Shown: positions 47,849 through 61,177 of the stretch, one piece after another
Layout: every line of letters starts with the position of its first letter
Position numbering within the stretch: position 1 is the stretch's first letter
From: Paraspadella gotoi
Taxonomy: Eukaryota > Animalia > Chaetognatha
DNA: 64,000 nt
Direction of reading: 5' to 3'
Assembly (NCBI GenBank): GCA_051294375.1
Contig: CM119267.1
Coordinates: 23,251,486-23,315,485 of the forward strand
Translations under genes and position numbers: made by a program
Notes under the pieces: model-generated
The model's database searches: none
What the model saw: the letters and a program-made list of their open reading frames with translations, nothing else
Told to the model about the DNA's origin: nothing

Positions 47849-50800
47849 ATGGCCGGCGTCGGCGGATCCACATTCGTCGAAATCCCTTCGCGTTTCGTGA
47901 CTTCGCGACGACAAAAACAAATGAATGTTGCCTCGGGCGGCGTCGGCAAAGTCGAAACCAAACGGTTGGCCGACTCTGCAGGCGGTTACGCCTACCGCAG
48001 CCTTTCCGCGGCGGCCAATGAAGGACGCTCCCTCGTCACGCAGAATCGCTACGTCCATTGGAAAGTTTCCGGATGTAACTTGGAGTTGAGCGAGGAATCT
48101 CTGGACGCCGATGTGGTGCTGGGTGACCTGAAGGTCGGATTCGCTGNNNNNNNNNNNNNTTGAGCGAGGAATCTCTGGACGCTGATGTTGTGCTGGGTGA
48201 CCTGAAGGTCGGATTCGCTGACGCCCCGATCCTTGGCGACGGCGTTTCAGTGGTGGAGACGGCGTCGACGTTGACCTTCCTCGTAGCGACAGTAGCCAGC
48301 GTTCATCGCCTCGATTTTCCCCACCCGTCCTGCCTCGGCATCGTCGACTCTTTCGTGGCCAACCCGCCTGGCAGCATCGACGCTAGACCGACGCTGCGTT
48401 CAGTCTTCGCCAACGCGACGCCGCCGGGCAAAGACGCCGCCTACTTGCACACCCTCGTCAACGCCAATCAATTGATTTGCGCCGCATCATGGCTTTCGTC
48501 CGACGATCAGGTTAAAGCCGAAAAATCTCTTTCTCGCCAGGCGATCGCCTGTTATTTCTTCTAAAAGCTAATCTCTCTCCAGGCTGTTTTCGCTCTGGGC
48601 ACCACGTCCTCCTCCATCTTGTTGATAATTCTCCCTCCGCCCGGGTCTCACTCCGAGGTGACCCAGATAGAATTAAAGCAATCAACGACCATCTCCCGGT
48701 TCTGGACGGGTCTGGTGCCGTCGGTCATTCGAGGCGGCGATGCCAAAGAAGATTCGGGGCTGCGATCCTTGAGACTTGTCATCCATCCGCTGGGCAATCA
48801 GTGCTTCGTCATCGCCGTCTGCCAGGATCACAAGTGAAGTCTTTATTAATTAATGAATTTCTTTTTATTTTCGTCGTCCTATTTTCCTCTCTTCGCTTCT
48901 CCCAGACTCCGCCTGTGGTCAGCCGAAACGGAGGAATGCGTACTCGTCACCGATTTGCTCTCCTTCGTTCCCGGTGACAAGGACCTAAGTTGCGCCCGAA
49001 AGCCGCTCATGAAAAAGTCTTGCGGCCCCATGCCCTCTTCGGTCTTCGTCGCCGTTTATTTGAGGTTCAAACTCCACGCTCAATTCCTGGTTTTTCAACC
49101 GGAAGCGGGAGCCAGCGGTCACGTGTTGCATCACGTGGCGACGTTGCATTGTCCTTCGTGGGATTTGATCGACTTTGCTCTGAGCAGCCACGCCATCTGG
49201 ATGGTGGCAACGACGCCGGAGGGGGAAACCGTCGTCAAATACGCGCTCATTAACGGGTGAGAGTTGAACGATCGATCAGATTTCATGAAATGGAGAAAGA
49301 TTTTTCAATCCGTCCTCCCGCAGCGATGTTCCCGAAGCCGGCGTCGACGATTGGCACTCGGTGGAACTGGCTTCGTTTCCCCTTCAATGCCTCGACATTA
49401 CCACTCATCGAGAACCCAGAGAAGTTTATCTTCAAACCCTCTTCGCCCCCGAACATTTTTGCCCAGCGACGCTCATGAAAGGTAGAAGTGGCCCCAAAGG
49501 AAAGGGAATGAAAAATTTGTCCGTTTTGCTTTTGTTTTGAACCTTCGATAATCATGCAACTCTTCTTCATCTCTCCCCGATGCTGCGCACTCAACAGCCA
49601 TTAAAATCTACCGCAAGTCCCCGTTGGACTCGACCATGACCGGAGTCGGCGCCGCCACGGTCGCCTCTCTCCGCGACGAGGTGGTTGCCGTCGTCGAAAA
49701 CGAGATCCACGCCTCCGCTGCCGACTACGAACTCGCCGAGGACGAGTACCGCGACCTACAGCTTCAGTGCTGGGCTCGCTTCTATTCACAGTGGTTGCAG
49801 TACCAGGAGGCCGTGGCGGAGCCGCTGGCCATCTTCGCCGACGGGGTGTCGGGCTTGGTCGGTCTAATTCGTAAAAATCGCCTCTCGCTACTCCGCCGGC
49901 TCGACGACGTTGACCGCCTGTCGCTCGTTTCCAAAACAACCACCCTGGACGATCTCTTCGCGTTGTCGGCGTCAGGGGCCGTCGATGATCGCGACTTGGT
50001 CACCTTCGCCCGCGCGCTCGCCCTTATTGACGAAGCCGTCTTTCCCGACGTCGCCGAAAACTTTATCAACGAGCTTTTCCTTTTGGAGTCGCCGCATACC
50101 ATCACTGACAAGATTTTGGTGAGAGAAGGGTTGGATATGGATTTCGGAATTTTACGATCAGTTGGTTTCATTTTTGATTATTGTATAACCAAGTCGAATT
50201 TAATATTTATTACAAAAACTCATTATAAAATATATCTTCGTTTCAGATGGAGTCTATTCTCCCCGAGTCGTCTCTCGGCGGCGGGGATTCCCCCACCCCG
50301 GCCGATGGCTACTACATCCTCTCCGCCGTGGGTGCCGTCCGCGATCTTCCCGCCGTCGCCGATTTCATCCTCAATCTGCTCGACTTCGCCAAAGGGGATC
50401 CAGAGAATCTCAGTATCAACGATATCGATCCAGGTTCGTAAGAAGCTGTGTTTGGGCGAGATTTGTGTGGGATCTTTGTGAGATTTGTGAGATTTTTCTA
50501 AGATTTTGTGTGAGATTTTTATTTTCTGACAGTGATTTCTCTTCAAAGCGAAATTCCATATATTTTTTTCCTTCCGCAGCCGAAGCTTTCGAGACGCCCT
50601 TTGGGCGATTTTTCTGCGGAGGTAGAGGAGTCTCTACTCTCGTGGCAAGCCTCAAGCATTTGGTCGGAACCCGACTCCGACTACTTCGAAACATCCTGCT
50701 GCTTTTACAGGCGAGATTTCAATCAATAACCGATCCGATTTTAACTCAATCGCTCACCCTCTTCTCTTTACTCTCTCCACTCTCCAGGTTGCCATCCGGA

Positions 50801-53800
50801 CTGCGTCCCAAATCCAGCTGAGACCCGATCACGCGCAGACCTTGCAAGTTAATCACATCCGGCGCGCCTCATCCTTGATCCAATGCTACTTTACTCTCCA
50901 TTGGGTCGTCGATTGCCCCGTGATCGACACTTCGCCGCCTCCGCCGTCTCAAAAGACCGCCACGCCCACCATCGTCGGGGTCGGGTCGAGAAACGCTCCC
51001 TCCTTCGCCGATTTTTCTCTTCGCAGCCCCTCCTCGCCCTTTAACGTCTCCTCCTCTTTTGTCCACGGCTCCTTCGCCTCGCCCGCTAACGCTTCCGCCG
51101 CCGCAAGCCCCGGGGTTTTCGCTCATCCCTTGACGCTCGCCGAGTTGTTTTTTCGCGGTAAAGAAATTAAAAAATTGAGTAAAATGAATGCAGAATTTTA
51201 TTCTTTAAAAATCCTCAGGAACCGGAGGTCATTACACTCGAGCCCTCTTGACCCGCGCAACCACCGCCGGTTCCTCGACGTGGACGTCAATCTACCAGCC
51301 GATGCTCACCATCGCCGCGCAACTCCTCTGGCCTTACTCTTCCAACACTTTGTTTCAGGTAAGACATTTCGGTCACCTGGCGGTTCGAACGTACTTCATC
51401 GTTTGACCCCCCTTTTTCAGGAATTTCTTCTCTCGCAAAACCTTCACGCGGAACTCTTGGAACACATCCGTCTCTTATCTTCCTGGTGCGAGCCCAACGC
51501 TTTTTCCCGCGTCTTCATGCAGGGCCAGTGCTTTTTAGCCGAGGGAAAGATCGAAAGAGCCGTCGATTGCTTTTTAAAGGCGGCGCCGGGTGAGTTGAAC
51601 GTTCGTTCAATTCGTCCGTTTATTTGATCTCCAAATCTTCCTCTCGACTTTCAGGCGTCGACAAGGAAGACTTTCTCCTGAATCGAATCATGGCGGCGAC
51701 GGAAGAGGATCTCCCCCGCGTCGACGCTCTTTACTTTCTCAAGATTCTTTCGATGCTGGAGACTTGCGGTCGCCCAGACGTCGTCGTCGACGTCGCCGAC
51801 GCCGCCATCAAGTCGCTCTCGTCGTCGGGCAGCGAAGCCAACGTTTCTACGCTGTGGAGTCTGCTGTTCAGGCATCACCTCGACGCCGGCCACGTTAAGG
51901 TTGAGATAAGAACATTCAAATGTTGTCAAAACTGTGTGAACAATCAGACGAATGATAGGTACGTAATCTTGACTGCTTTAACTTTTTCTCAGGACGCCTA
52001 CGAAGCATTAGTGGCGAATCCTGATCCGAATCGGCGCCGCGACTGCCTCCGCCAGTTTCTAATCGTCCTGACGGAGCGGGGGCAACTCCAACCACTCGTC
52101 AATTTCCAGTACGAGGATCTCCATGGAGACGTGGTGCAAATCCTCGAGTCGCGGGCCAGAGCCACCGACGTCGTGCAGGCAGCGAGTTATTACGATCTGC
52201 TCTACGCCTTTCACGTTCATCGGGAAAACTATCGACAGGTTATATTACATATATCTATATATATTATATTATATAGTATTATATAAAAAATAAAGATAGT
52301 GAAACAAGTAATTTTGCAACCTAAATATTAAAATTAAAACTAAAATTACTAGACATTTAAATGTCATTCTAGCCAGGTAGTTTGATTTACTTTTTTCGCA
52401 ACAAAAAAATTTAAAATAATAAAATCGCCTGTATCCGATAAGGTCCAAAGTTCAATTTCTTTAAACTGATAACTCAAGAACAAGTACAAGTACAGATAAA
52501 ACATTTCAAAAATTAAAAAAAATTAAATTCCGAGTGGTTTTTTGTTTTAATCATATCGAGCTCGACCGGCTGATGTAACATTGCTCCGATTTTTCGAAAT
52601 ATTTCAAAAAGTTTTTTTTTTTCGACCGCCACTCCATATTTCAGGCCGCAATCATCGCCTACGAGCAGTCGGAACGCTTCGCCGCCGCACTCGCCGCTGG
52701 CGGCGGTGGCGGTCTGACTGGCCTCCACTCCCGTGCCAAGTCCCTCTTGGCCTCGATGAACGCTCTTCGACTCGTTCTTCCGGAATATCGCTGGATTCTG
52801 GCGCCGGAATTCACTTCCGACGACGACGACATTTCCGACGAGTCCGAGACTTCGCAGGATAAACTCATTATCGAACTGGAGTGGATGGAACGCCTCTACG
52901 CCTCCGTCCACGCCCTCATTCAACTCGCCGTTCGAGATCGCTCCACAGCGGCCGCTGTGGTCTCGGGCCCCTTGCCCACGCCCACGGATCTCGTTGCTCT
53001 GCTTATGAAGGCCGGACTCGTCGACAAGGCGCTGGGGATCGCGCAGGTGAGTCATTTAGAGCGAAAAAGGACGTAACGATTTCGGCTTGTTTTCTTCTTT
53101 ACAGTGAGCTCTCGTATCATTTCCGCAGATGATGTCTTTGCCGTTGACGACGATTGTGGAGCCGCTGGTGGCCAAGTGCATCCAAATGTCCAAGTCTCCC
53201 TCTGATCCCGGTCCTCTATTACAAGTCGGCGAATCTCTGGCCTCCGCGCCCCGCGTTGCCGAATCCAACGCCTCGCCCGCCGACGTGGCTTGGAACGTCC
53301 TGGTCTCGCTTCTGGACAAGTTCGACAAACCCGCTGAAGACGGTGAGAGAATTTATTTTTGAAAAAAGTTGTTTAAAAAAAAGTAGGTCACTGCTTGATC
53401 ATCTTCAATGCCACTTTCGCTTTTCGTCTTTCGCTCTCACTGACATCTGACTCATTTATTTTTTTCCTACTCGCGCGCTGATTGGTCGAGCACCTTGTGT
53501 TTTCGAGGCCCAAGGATGGGGAAAAATGGGGAAAAACTCATTGTTCTTTACCAATGCGAAATGCATTCCACGCATTTTCTCTTTGTGTTTGTGTGTAAAC
53601 AAATCAGTATTGTCATTTGGTTTCTTATTTTCGTTAGCTTTACACATTTGACCTCCCACTAATATAGCTTGAGAAAATTATTATTATTATTATTACTATT
53701 ATTATTATTATAAAATTATAAATTATAAATATGCAAACAAGTAAACAAAAATACAAGATAAAAAAAATATCGTCTCCTTCTATCCAGGCTCCGGACAATG

Positions 53801-54245
53801 GCACAGCACGCGATGCTTGCGCGCCATCTTCCGCCAAGTTTTGAACGACGCCTCCGTCTCGCCGCCTCATCGTCTCGTCCTCCTCTACAAACGACGCAAC
53901 GCGGCCGAACTCTTAAAACTCTACCTTGACTCTGACCGCGTGGAAGAGGCGACGACTCTGGCCGTGGAAATTCTCGACGCCTGCCTCGGACGCGGGAAGG
54001 AGATCTTCGGTCTCGACCACTCGCTCCACTCCTCTGGCCCCGCTGTTTGCGCCCCCGTTACGCACGTGGATCAGTTGAGGCGTTGCCTTCGAAACTCGAA
54101 ACCGGGAGACGCGCTGAGGGCGGAGTTGTTGGAAAAGCTAGAGTCGAAGATCGCGGAATACATGTCCGCGCTCTCGAGATGCTCCAAAGATTTCGTGACC
54201 ATGAAACGGCAAACTCGGCCTTTTCCATCCATGGAAATATCCTAG
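47849..54245 (+). CDS. NUP160: Nucleoporin NUP160
   Basis: Multi-exon. NRYVHWK.SG..LELSEESLD, LVATVASVHRLDFPHP, CQDHKLRLWS, NPDPNRRRDCLRQF.IVL.ERGQLQ, LESRARA.D, YYDLLYAFH. Assembly gap at 48147-48159 and a GC-AG intron at 50711-50787. Confidence 0.93.
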
Positions 54246-54485
54246 TTTTTTTTTTTTGGAGGGAAGGGAGATTTTTTTTTTCTTCCCGTGCCCTTAGTAA
54301 CGATGCCGTTTTTATCGTTAGTTGTGAATGACAAACATTATATCGCCATACATATTACATAAGGTTGTCTATTTTCGAAATCCTACTTTGTTTTATTGTT
54401 TTCTAGATTTTTCTTAAGTCTTTTCGCTTAGCGAAGTTATTTATTGTTGAACTCTTTCTCTCTTTTCGCGACCGACCGAGCGACG

Positions 54486-55075
54486 ATGCCGAAGAATAAA
54501 GGAAAGGGAGGAAAAAACAGACGAAGAGGAAAGAACGAAAACGAGAACGAGAAGAGAGAGTTGGTTTTCAAGGAAGACGGGCAAGAGTACGCGCAGGTAA
54601 TCACGTTACCGATCTTACTAATTGATCTCAAATAACTCATGTTCGCCTTTCAATCTCCTTTCATTTAATCCCGCAAGGTCACAAAGATGTTGGGTAACGG
54701 CCGACTCGAAGCGATGTGCTTCGACGGCACGAAACGGTTGTGCCACATAAGAGGAAAATTGCGGAAAAAAGTCTGGATAAATCAGTCCGATATTATTCTT
54801 ATTGGATTGAGAGACTACCAGGTTGGCGGAGCCTCCTAACTTATTAAGATTCCGATTTTGTTAATAAAGAAACGCCTCCCCCTCCCGCTTCTCTCCAGGA
54901 CGCCAAGGCGGACGTGATCCTTCGCTACTCTCCCGACGAGGCGCGGTCGTTAAAGGCCTACGGGGAATTGCCAGAGTCGGCCAAAATCAACGAGACGAAC
55001 TTTGACGAGGAATACGAGGACGATATCGACTTCGCCGACGTCTCCGAAGAGGAAGACGCCATCGATGACATTTAG
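54486..55075 (+). CDS. EIF1A: Translation initiation factor eIF1A
   Basis: Exons 54486-54596, 54678-54821, 54899-55075. [35 protein letters not shown], acidic tail. Confidence 0.98.
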
Positions 55076-55614
55076 GACGGACGGGGAAGGACCGGATCCT
55101 CGACAACCCCCGCTAATCAGTCAACGCTATTTTCCTTTTCTTTTCTCGACGCTTTTCTTACGAGGAGACGATTCGACGTGTTTTCTTTTTTTTTTTTTAA
55201 GCTTGATTAAAGCTTTTATCGTTATCACTATGCATTCGGCAACGCAATGGACGCAAGCATTTTTAAGAATTTTTTTTAACTAGGATTGTATATACATATA
55301 TACTATTAAATTTTCCGCAGAAATCTAAACAACGAATCGTCTTCGCCTCTTATGTTTCTCGACTTTTTCAAAAAAAAAATTTTTCGGGTTAATCGTGGTT
55401 ATTTTTTAATCAGAAACAATTAACGGAGAGTTTATATATTTCAATTTAACTTTATCGGACTTAATGCAGTTAAAATTTGTCCCCCAAGGGAATTTATAAC
55501 GATTGAAAATGAAAGATCTGTGTATACGTTTGTTTTAATTTTGCATATAACGTTAAATATAATTAGTGAGAAAATGAACATGTCAACTTCTTTACGAGTG
55601 ACAGCGTGGAGGAG

Positions 55615-56189
55615 ATGTCGTTGATGAAGGGACTTCCTTTTCTCGCCTTCATGGGCGTGGCCTATTACGGAATGACTTACATGACAGACACTATGGTCAA
55701 GCATCGCTCCGCTCGAAAAAATGTTTTGAGTTTCCAGGAAGCTGAGGAGCAATTGGGTTTGAAATTGAAACCTCCGGACGAAAGGAACGTCCCCGGTAAT
55801 TATTAGATTTACTAACATACAATTATTAGGAGCTATTCTTGCAATTCGCTAGGTACATTTTGCTAATTCTAGTAAGGATAATAACGGGCAAAAACATTTA
55901 TTTAGCGATTCCTTAAGTTATGATATTTTAGTATTCTAGCCTGGCCGTCAGGACATTTTTTACGTTACTTTTTACAGTTTTTTAAAGCGTGATGGGAGCA
56001 GGTTGATAGAAAAACTTATCCGTCTTTTTCCTCTAAGCGGAAGTGATTTATGAAAAAGAAGTCCGAACAATGAATATTGACAATTGGGAAAATGTCCGCG
56101 GGCCGAGACCATGGGAGCCGGATACTATCCAAAGACTCGAAGATGAGAGAGAGCTGAAAATTGCAAAGAACCAGGGACAAAATGATTGA
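55615..56189 (+). CDS. COX16: Cytochrome c oxidase assembly protein COX16
   Basis: Exons 55615-55795 and 56038-56189. N-terminal GLPFLAFMG TM segment and DNWENVRGPRPWE signature. Confidence 0.88.
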
Positions 56190-56365
56190 GGATCTTGCCT
56201 TGGATCACTTGTATTTATTCCTCGTTTTGTTAAAAAGTACGATGTTATTTTTTCTTTACCGTTAAATATATCGTTCGTCGCTCTCTCTCTTTTGTATGCG
56301 CAATTTGACCGAAAGTCGAATTAAATTTTTGACAGAGAAAGTAAAAATTGTTTCTACCTCCGAAA

Positions 56366-58135
56366 ATGAACCATTCCACTTTGAATCCGTCTAAAGATGT
56401 TTTCTCCTCTTTGGATTACGTCGTGATGATCTCTTCCTTCGCGATATCGACGATTCTCGGTTCCTCTTATTTCCTCCGTCGCTTCGCGACGAAAGGGGGC
56501 GTCTCTTCTTCCGCTCGCGACTATTTTATGACGGAAGGGTCGATGGGTCTTTTGCCCGTGACGTTGTCCCTCATCGCCTCACGAATCTCGCCGCTGACCA
56601 CGCTGGGTTATCCAGTCGAGGTTTACTCTCACGGAATCTCAATTTGGTTCTTCGTCATCGGGGAATTTTTGGGCTGCGTCTTTGCCGCCGCCTTTTGTCT
56701 CCCAGTTTTCTTTCCGCTTGAGTTCGACAGCATCAACGAGCTGCTAGAGGGCCGCTTTCGTTCTCGAGCCCTTCGCTTTCTCTGCGCGGCGCTTTACGCC
56801 GTCAAGATCGTCATGTATTTGGGCGTGGTCCTCTACGGTCCCGCCGTGGCGCTCCATTCCACCACACCCCTCTCTATAGACGCGTCCATTGCCGTTTGTG
56901 GCGTTCTCTGCTGTCTCTATACGGCGCTAGGTGGCCTACGCGGCGTCGTTTGGACGGACGTCTTTCAGTTTTGTGTCATCGTCGGCGCGCAGGTGACGTT
57001 GCTCGTCATGGGGCTCGTGGAAACGGGGGGCGTGGCGGAAACCTGGCGAATCAGCGAAAAAGCAGGACGAATCAAGCTGCCTGAAACTAAGTTCGACATG
57101 CATTCCAGACATTCTTTTTGGAACATAATTCTCGCGCCGACGTTGGAGTGGACAATGCAAATGGGCGCCGCTCAAATGGCCATTCAAAGGCTAAAAAGTC
57201 TGAGGAGCGCCAGGGAGGCCGCGTTTAGCCTCGTTCTTACTGGCCTGGCCGTGGTATTAATCACTACGGCATCGATGGCATGCGGATTGGTCATAACGGC
57301 CAAGTTCATCAATTGCGATCCAATGTCCACCGGAGAAATCACCAATGACAATCAGTACTTACCTTATTTGGCTCTTACCATTTTTTCCAAGTATCCCGGC
57401 TTAACTGGGTTCTTCGTCGCCGCTATTTTCAGCGCTTCGTTGTCGTCCATATCTTCTGGCGTCAACGCCGTCGCCAACGTCGTCTGGGACGACTTCCTTC
57501 GCCAGTCGGCCTCAATTAGGAATATGTCGGAAACCTCGACCACATTCTCGATCAGGTTGCTCTCCCTTCTCGTCGGCGCCGTCCCCGTCGCCATCGCCTT
57601 CGCCGCCAAAGATTACGGGGACAACGTGCAAAAAATGGGCACGGTCTTTGTCGCGGTGACCATGGGCGCCACCAATGCTGTCTTTTTGAGTTGTTTCTTC
57701 GTACGACGGATCAACGTCCGCGGACTGATGGTCGGTTGCCTGGCCAGCGTCGCCGCCATCGGTTGGTGGGTCATTGGAGGAACCGTCCATTCGCCGCCCG
57801 TCGATAAATTAACGTCCAACGGAACCGCCGACTGCGAAGATAAGGCCGTATTTGCAGAAAAGTTCTATCCCACCCACGCGCCCGAAGACATCGACTGGTC
57901 TTCTTTTCCCTATCTTTTGTACAACATGAGCTTCTTGTGGTATCAATCTTTGGGAACGGCCATCGCTTTGGCCGTGGCCTTCGTCATCAGCCTCGTCTCT
58001 CGTGGAGACCAACCCGTCGCCGATGAGTTTTTATTTTCGTTTAGTAAGTTTACGACTGCGTTTAAGAGACAATCTCGCGAAACCTACGTGCCTGTGAATG
58101 TTAAACAATCCGAAGTTGAAAGTTCTGATTTATAA
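56366..58135 (+). CDS. SLC5 sodium:solute symporter (SMCT/SMVT/NIS-like)
   Basis: Intronless polytopic membrane protein. LPVTLSLIAS, LGYPVEVY.HG, YTALGGLRGVVWTDVFQ, PGLTGFFVAAIFSASLSSISSGVNA. Confidence 0.93.
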   Translation: MNHSTLNPSKDVFSSLDYVVMISSFAISTILGSSYFLRRFATKGGVSSSARDYFMTEGSMGLLPVTLSLIASRISPLTTLGYPVEVYSHGISIWFFVIGEFLGCVFAAAFCLPVFFPLEFDSINELLEGRFRSRALRFLCAALYAVKIVMYLGVVLYGPAVALHSTTPLSIDASIAVCGVLCCLYTALGGLRGVVWTDVFQFCVIVGAQVTLLVMGLVETGGVAETWRISEKAGRIKLPETKFDMHSRHSFWNIILAPTLEWTMQMGAAQMAIQRLKSLRSAREAAFSLVLTGLAVVLITTASMACGLVITAKFINCDPMSTGEITNDNQYLPYLALTIFSKYPGLTGFFVAAIFSASLSSISSGVNAVANVVWDDFLRQSASIRNMSETSTTFSIRLLSLLVGAVPVAIAFAAKDYGDNVQKMGTVFVAVTMGATNAVFLSCFFVRRINVRGLMVGCLASVAAIGWWVIGGTVHSPPVDKLTSNGTADCEDKAVFAEKFYPTHAPEDIDWSSFPYLLYNMSFLWYQSLGTAIALAVAFVISLVSRGDQPVADEFLFSFSKFTTAFKRQSRETYVPVNVKQSEVESSDL

Positions 58136-58481
58136 TACTGTAATTGTCATAGTTATAGTATGTATTTATTGCTTTATCAATCGAACAACGTTGATTACCG
58201 TCTAGCCATGGATCTCTTCAGTAGAATTATTTGTCGTATAGCTTTCTTTACCTATTCTGTCTGCCAGTTTTTTTTAATTTTTCCATTTCGTCACCATCGA
58301 TTTATGTTATATTATTGATTCACCATGTAACTTTTACAAATTAGTACTTAATTTGCATTTTTTCATGAAAAAATGATAAAATAATAACATATTTTTACAC
58401 AGAAAAATAAGAAAACTTCCGCCTTAAAATTTCTGGTGATAATCTAAGGATTTATTTAGCATATATTTATTATTATAAAAA

Positions 58482-60282
58482 ATGGCGACGGTTCACCCGG
58501 ATCCAAGCTTTAATCCCGAGGGAGTGTGCGAGGTCCTGCGCAAAGCCATGAAGGTAACTACCGAATGCTACTTTTCGAGGCGACTGCTACGCTGCAAGAA
58601 CCGGCAATTGTCACGATTTCCTGCAGGGCCTTGGCACGGACGAAAAAGCAATCATCGCCGCCTTGACGAGCGTCTCCAACGAACAACGACACCAGCTTAT
58701 CCTCGCCTACAAGCAGATGTACGGCAAAGACCTCATCTCCGATCTTAAGTCGGAACTCGGCGGGAAGTTGGAGAAGGTTCGGTCAGCGTCTTGAGAGCTA
58801 TTACGATTTTGTTTTAAAAATTTTTAAATATTACAAAAAAACAAAACAGGTCGTCCTGGCCCTTATGACTCCTGCCGTACTCTACGACGCCCGGGAACTG
58901 CGCGGCGCCATGAAAGGCCTGGGCACCAACGAGGCCTGCCTCATTGAGATCATGGCTTCTCGCTCCAACGTCGAGATCGCAACCATTAAAGCCGCCTACA
59001 AAAAGGTTGGAGTTCCTTAGGATTCTTCAAGTTCGTAATATAGGAAATTTACCTTTAAACTTAGTAAAATTAAAGTTTTTATATTTTTGTTTCAGGAATT
59101 TTCGCGAGATCTGGAAAAGGATTTGGCCGACGAAACTTCTGGTCATTTTAAGCGGCTCCTCGTCTCGCTTTGCAACGGATGTCGCGACGAAACTTCTGCG
59201 CCAGATCAGGCTGCGTCGCAGGTAAGGATTTTTTTTTGTTGCGAAGGGTGGGTTCTTGCTTCGAACAATGAATGATTGCCAATCATGAGTCTTAATTTCG
59301 AACATTACTATTCAGGCCAACGCGAAGGCCCTTCACGAGGCCGGCGCTAAAAAGTGGGGTACGGACGAGTCGACCTTCAACCGAATCCTTTGCACGCTGA
59401 GCCACGCCCAGTTGCGTCTCGTCTTTGACGCTTATCACAAACTCAGCGGGAAGACTATGGAACAGGCAAGAATCTTTAAAGTTTAAAAGTAATGAAATTA
59501 AGACTGTAAAATTTTATTATTTTTAATTAAAATTTTTTTCTTTAAATGCATAAAAATAAAAATAAGCCAATAAAATTATAGGCGATTAAGAGCGAGATGT
59601 CTGGAAGCTTGGAAGACGGGATGCTTGCCGTGGTGCAGGCGGCCCGGAGCAAGCCCGAATACTTCGCCACCAGATTGTACATGGCTATGAAAGTAAGTAA
59701 CTCAATTAGCTCTGTATCTATATTCTATATCTATGAATTTGTTGTGTAATGAAATATTGAAATAATTAATAAGAAATCAAGGAAACTGGGATTTTTTTTT
59801 CTTTGTTGAACGTCCGCTGTCTCATTCTGAAAGGCGATTGTTTTCCTTTTCTTGTTTCGATATTCCGACTCGAGCTCTGATTGGTTAATATCTTATGGGT
59901 GAGTAAGAGAGCCTTTCTTCCGATCGGCTTCTTTCTCAGTGAGAGATTTCAATTGTCCATGACGATGCTATTGTTTATATTTTTATTCCCTTTATATTCC
60001 TTTATATTTTTGGCTTGGTTGCCAGGGAGCGGGAACCGACGATGCGACGTTGATTCGAGTCATCGTATCTCGCGCCGAAATCGACTTGGCTCACATAAAG
60101 GAAGCCTTTCAGCGATTGTACGGAAAGCCCCTCGCCACGGTACTTTCTTACTTTCTTATGTTCCAGTTTTGGTTATTTTATTAAATTTTAGTGACAATTT
60201 AAAAAAAAAACCTTTTCCTTAGTTTGTCAAGGACGACTGCTCCGGAGATTACGAGAAAGTACTTCTCGCTTTGATCAAATAA
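58482..60282 (+). CDS. Annexin, core-only paralog
   Basis: Exons 58482-58553, 58627-58776, 58850-59005, 59096-59221, 59316-59465, 59582-59692, 60026-60139, 60223-60282. Four annexin repeats and one GC-AG intron. Confidence 0.95.
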
Positions 60283-61177
60283 GTCACGACTGCGAACAAA
60301 AAAATAAAATAATTTAAAAAATCAAACGAGTTTTGACGCTTTCTTATATAATGATTCTTCGCTTTACGAAGGCCTATGGAATGTTAAAACACTTAGCGGT
60401 AGCGGTCTTACAGTTTAAGGATGCAGTTACTTAAATCGACTGTGATGCATTTTTTTAAAAAGATATATATTATAATTTTTACAAAAGCTAGTAAACCTCA
60501 ATAGTTTTTTTTATATTGGGCTACGGAGTACAAAACTCATCCTTAAATTCCTTCATTTCTAGAATCGTCCTGATGATTACTCGTTTCCCGTGAAATAATT
60601 GTTGTTTCTCTCTCTTTATAAGATTATTCTTATTAAGACTAGTCAATTCTTCTGTCATCCGACTGTCCTTTTTTGTTGTTGTTTTCTGTCAAAATATCTA
60701 CAAATTGATGTTTGCCTTTGAAGCTTTTTATTCTAAACAACTTATTTTTTTCTTTATTTCGGGACTTAGTGTTGAATGTTCTCTGATTCCAAATGTGATT
60801 CCGCGTTTAACGATGTCAAGCTCCCAGCGGCAGCAACCGATGCATTGATCTGGCTTAGTTTGCGGCCTTTTGCTTTGCAGACCTATTAATGGAATTCTAG
60901 TGTTCAAATTTTTTTCATATTTTACGTGCTAGAGATAATTTTACAGGATTTCTAACAAAGAATTTGGGTATTTTCTGAAGAAATATATATTTATGGTGAG
61001 CGTGTCTTGTTATTCAATTTCAAGACTTTTTATTGGGTGACTCGTTCAATATTCAAAAGATAAAGCATGCTTGAACAATTTACTTATTTTTGATATGTTC
61101 TCTTTCGTTTAATTTGCATGTTTTATGGCGTCTTCTTACTCATTTAGTATTTTTTCAATTTTTAGTTGATTTTAAAA

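Noticed and set aside
48086-48220. About 60-bp direct repeat inside NUP160
   Set aside because: The copies flank an N gap and differ by two substitutions. This is an overlap of contig ends or haplotypes, not a real duplication.
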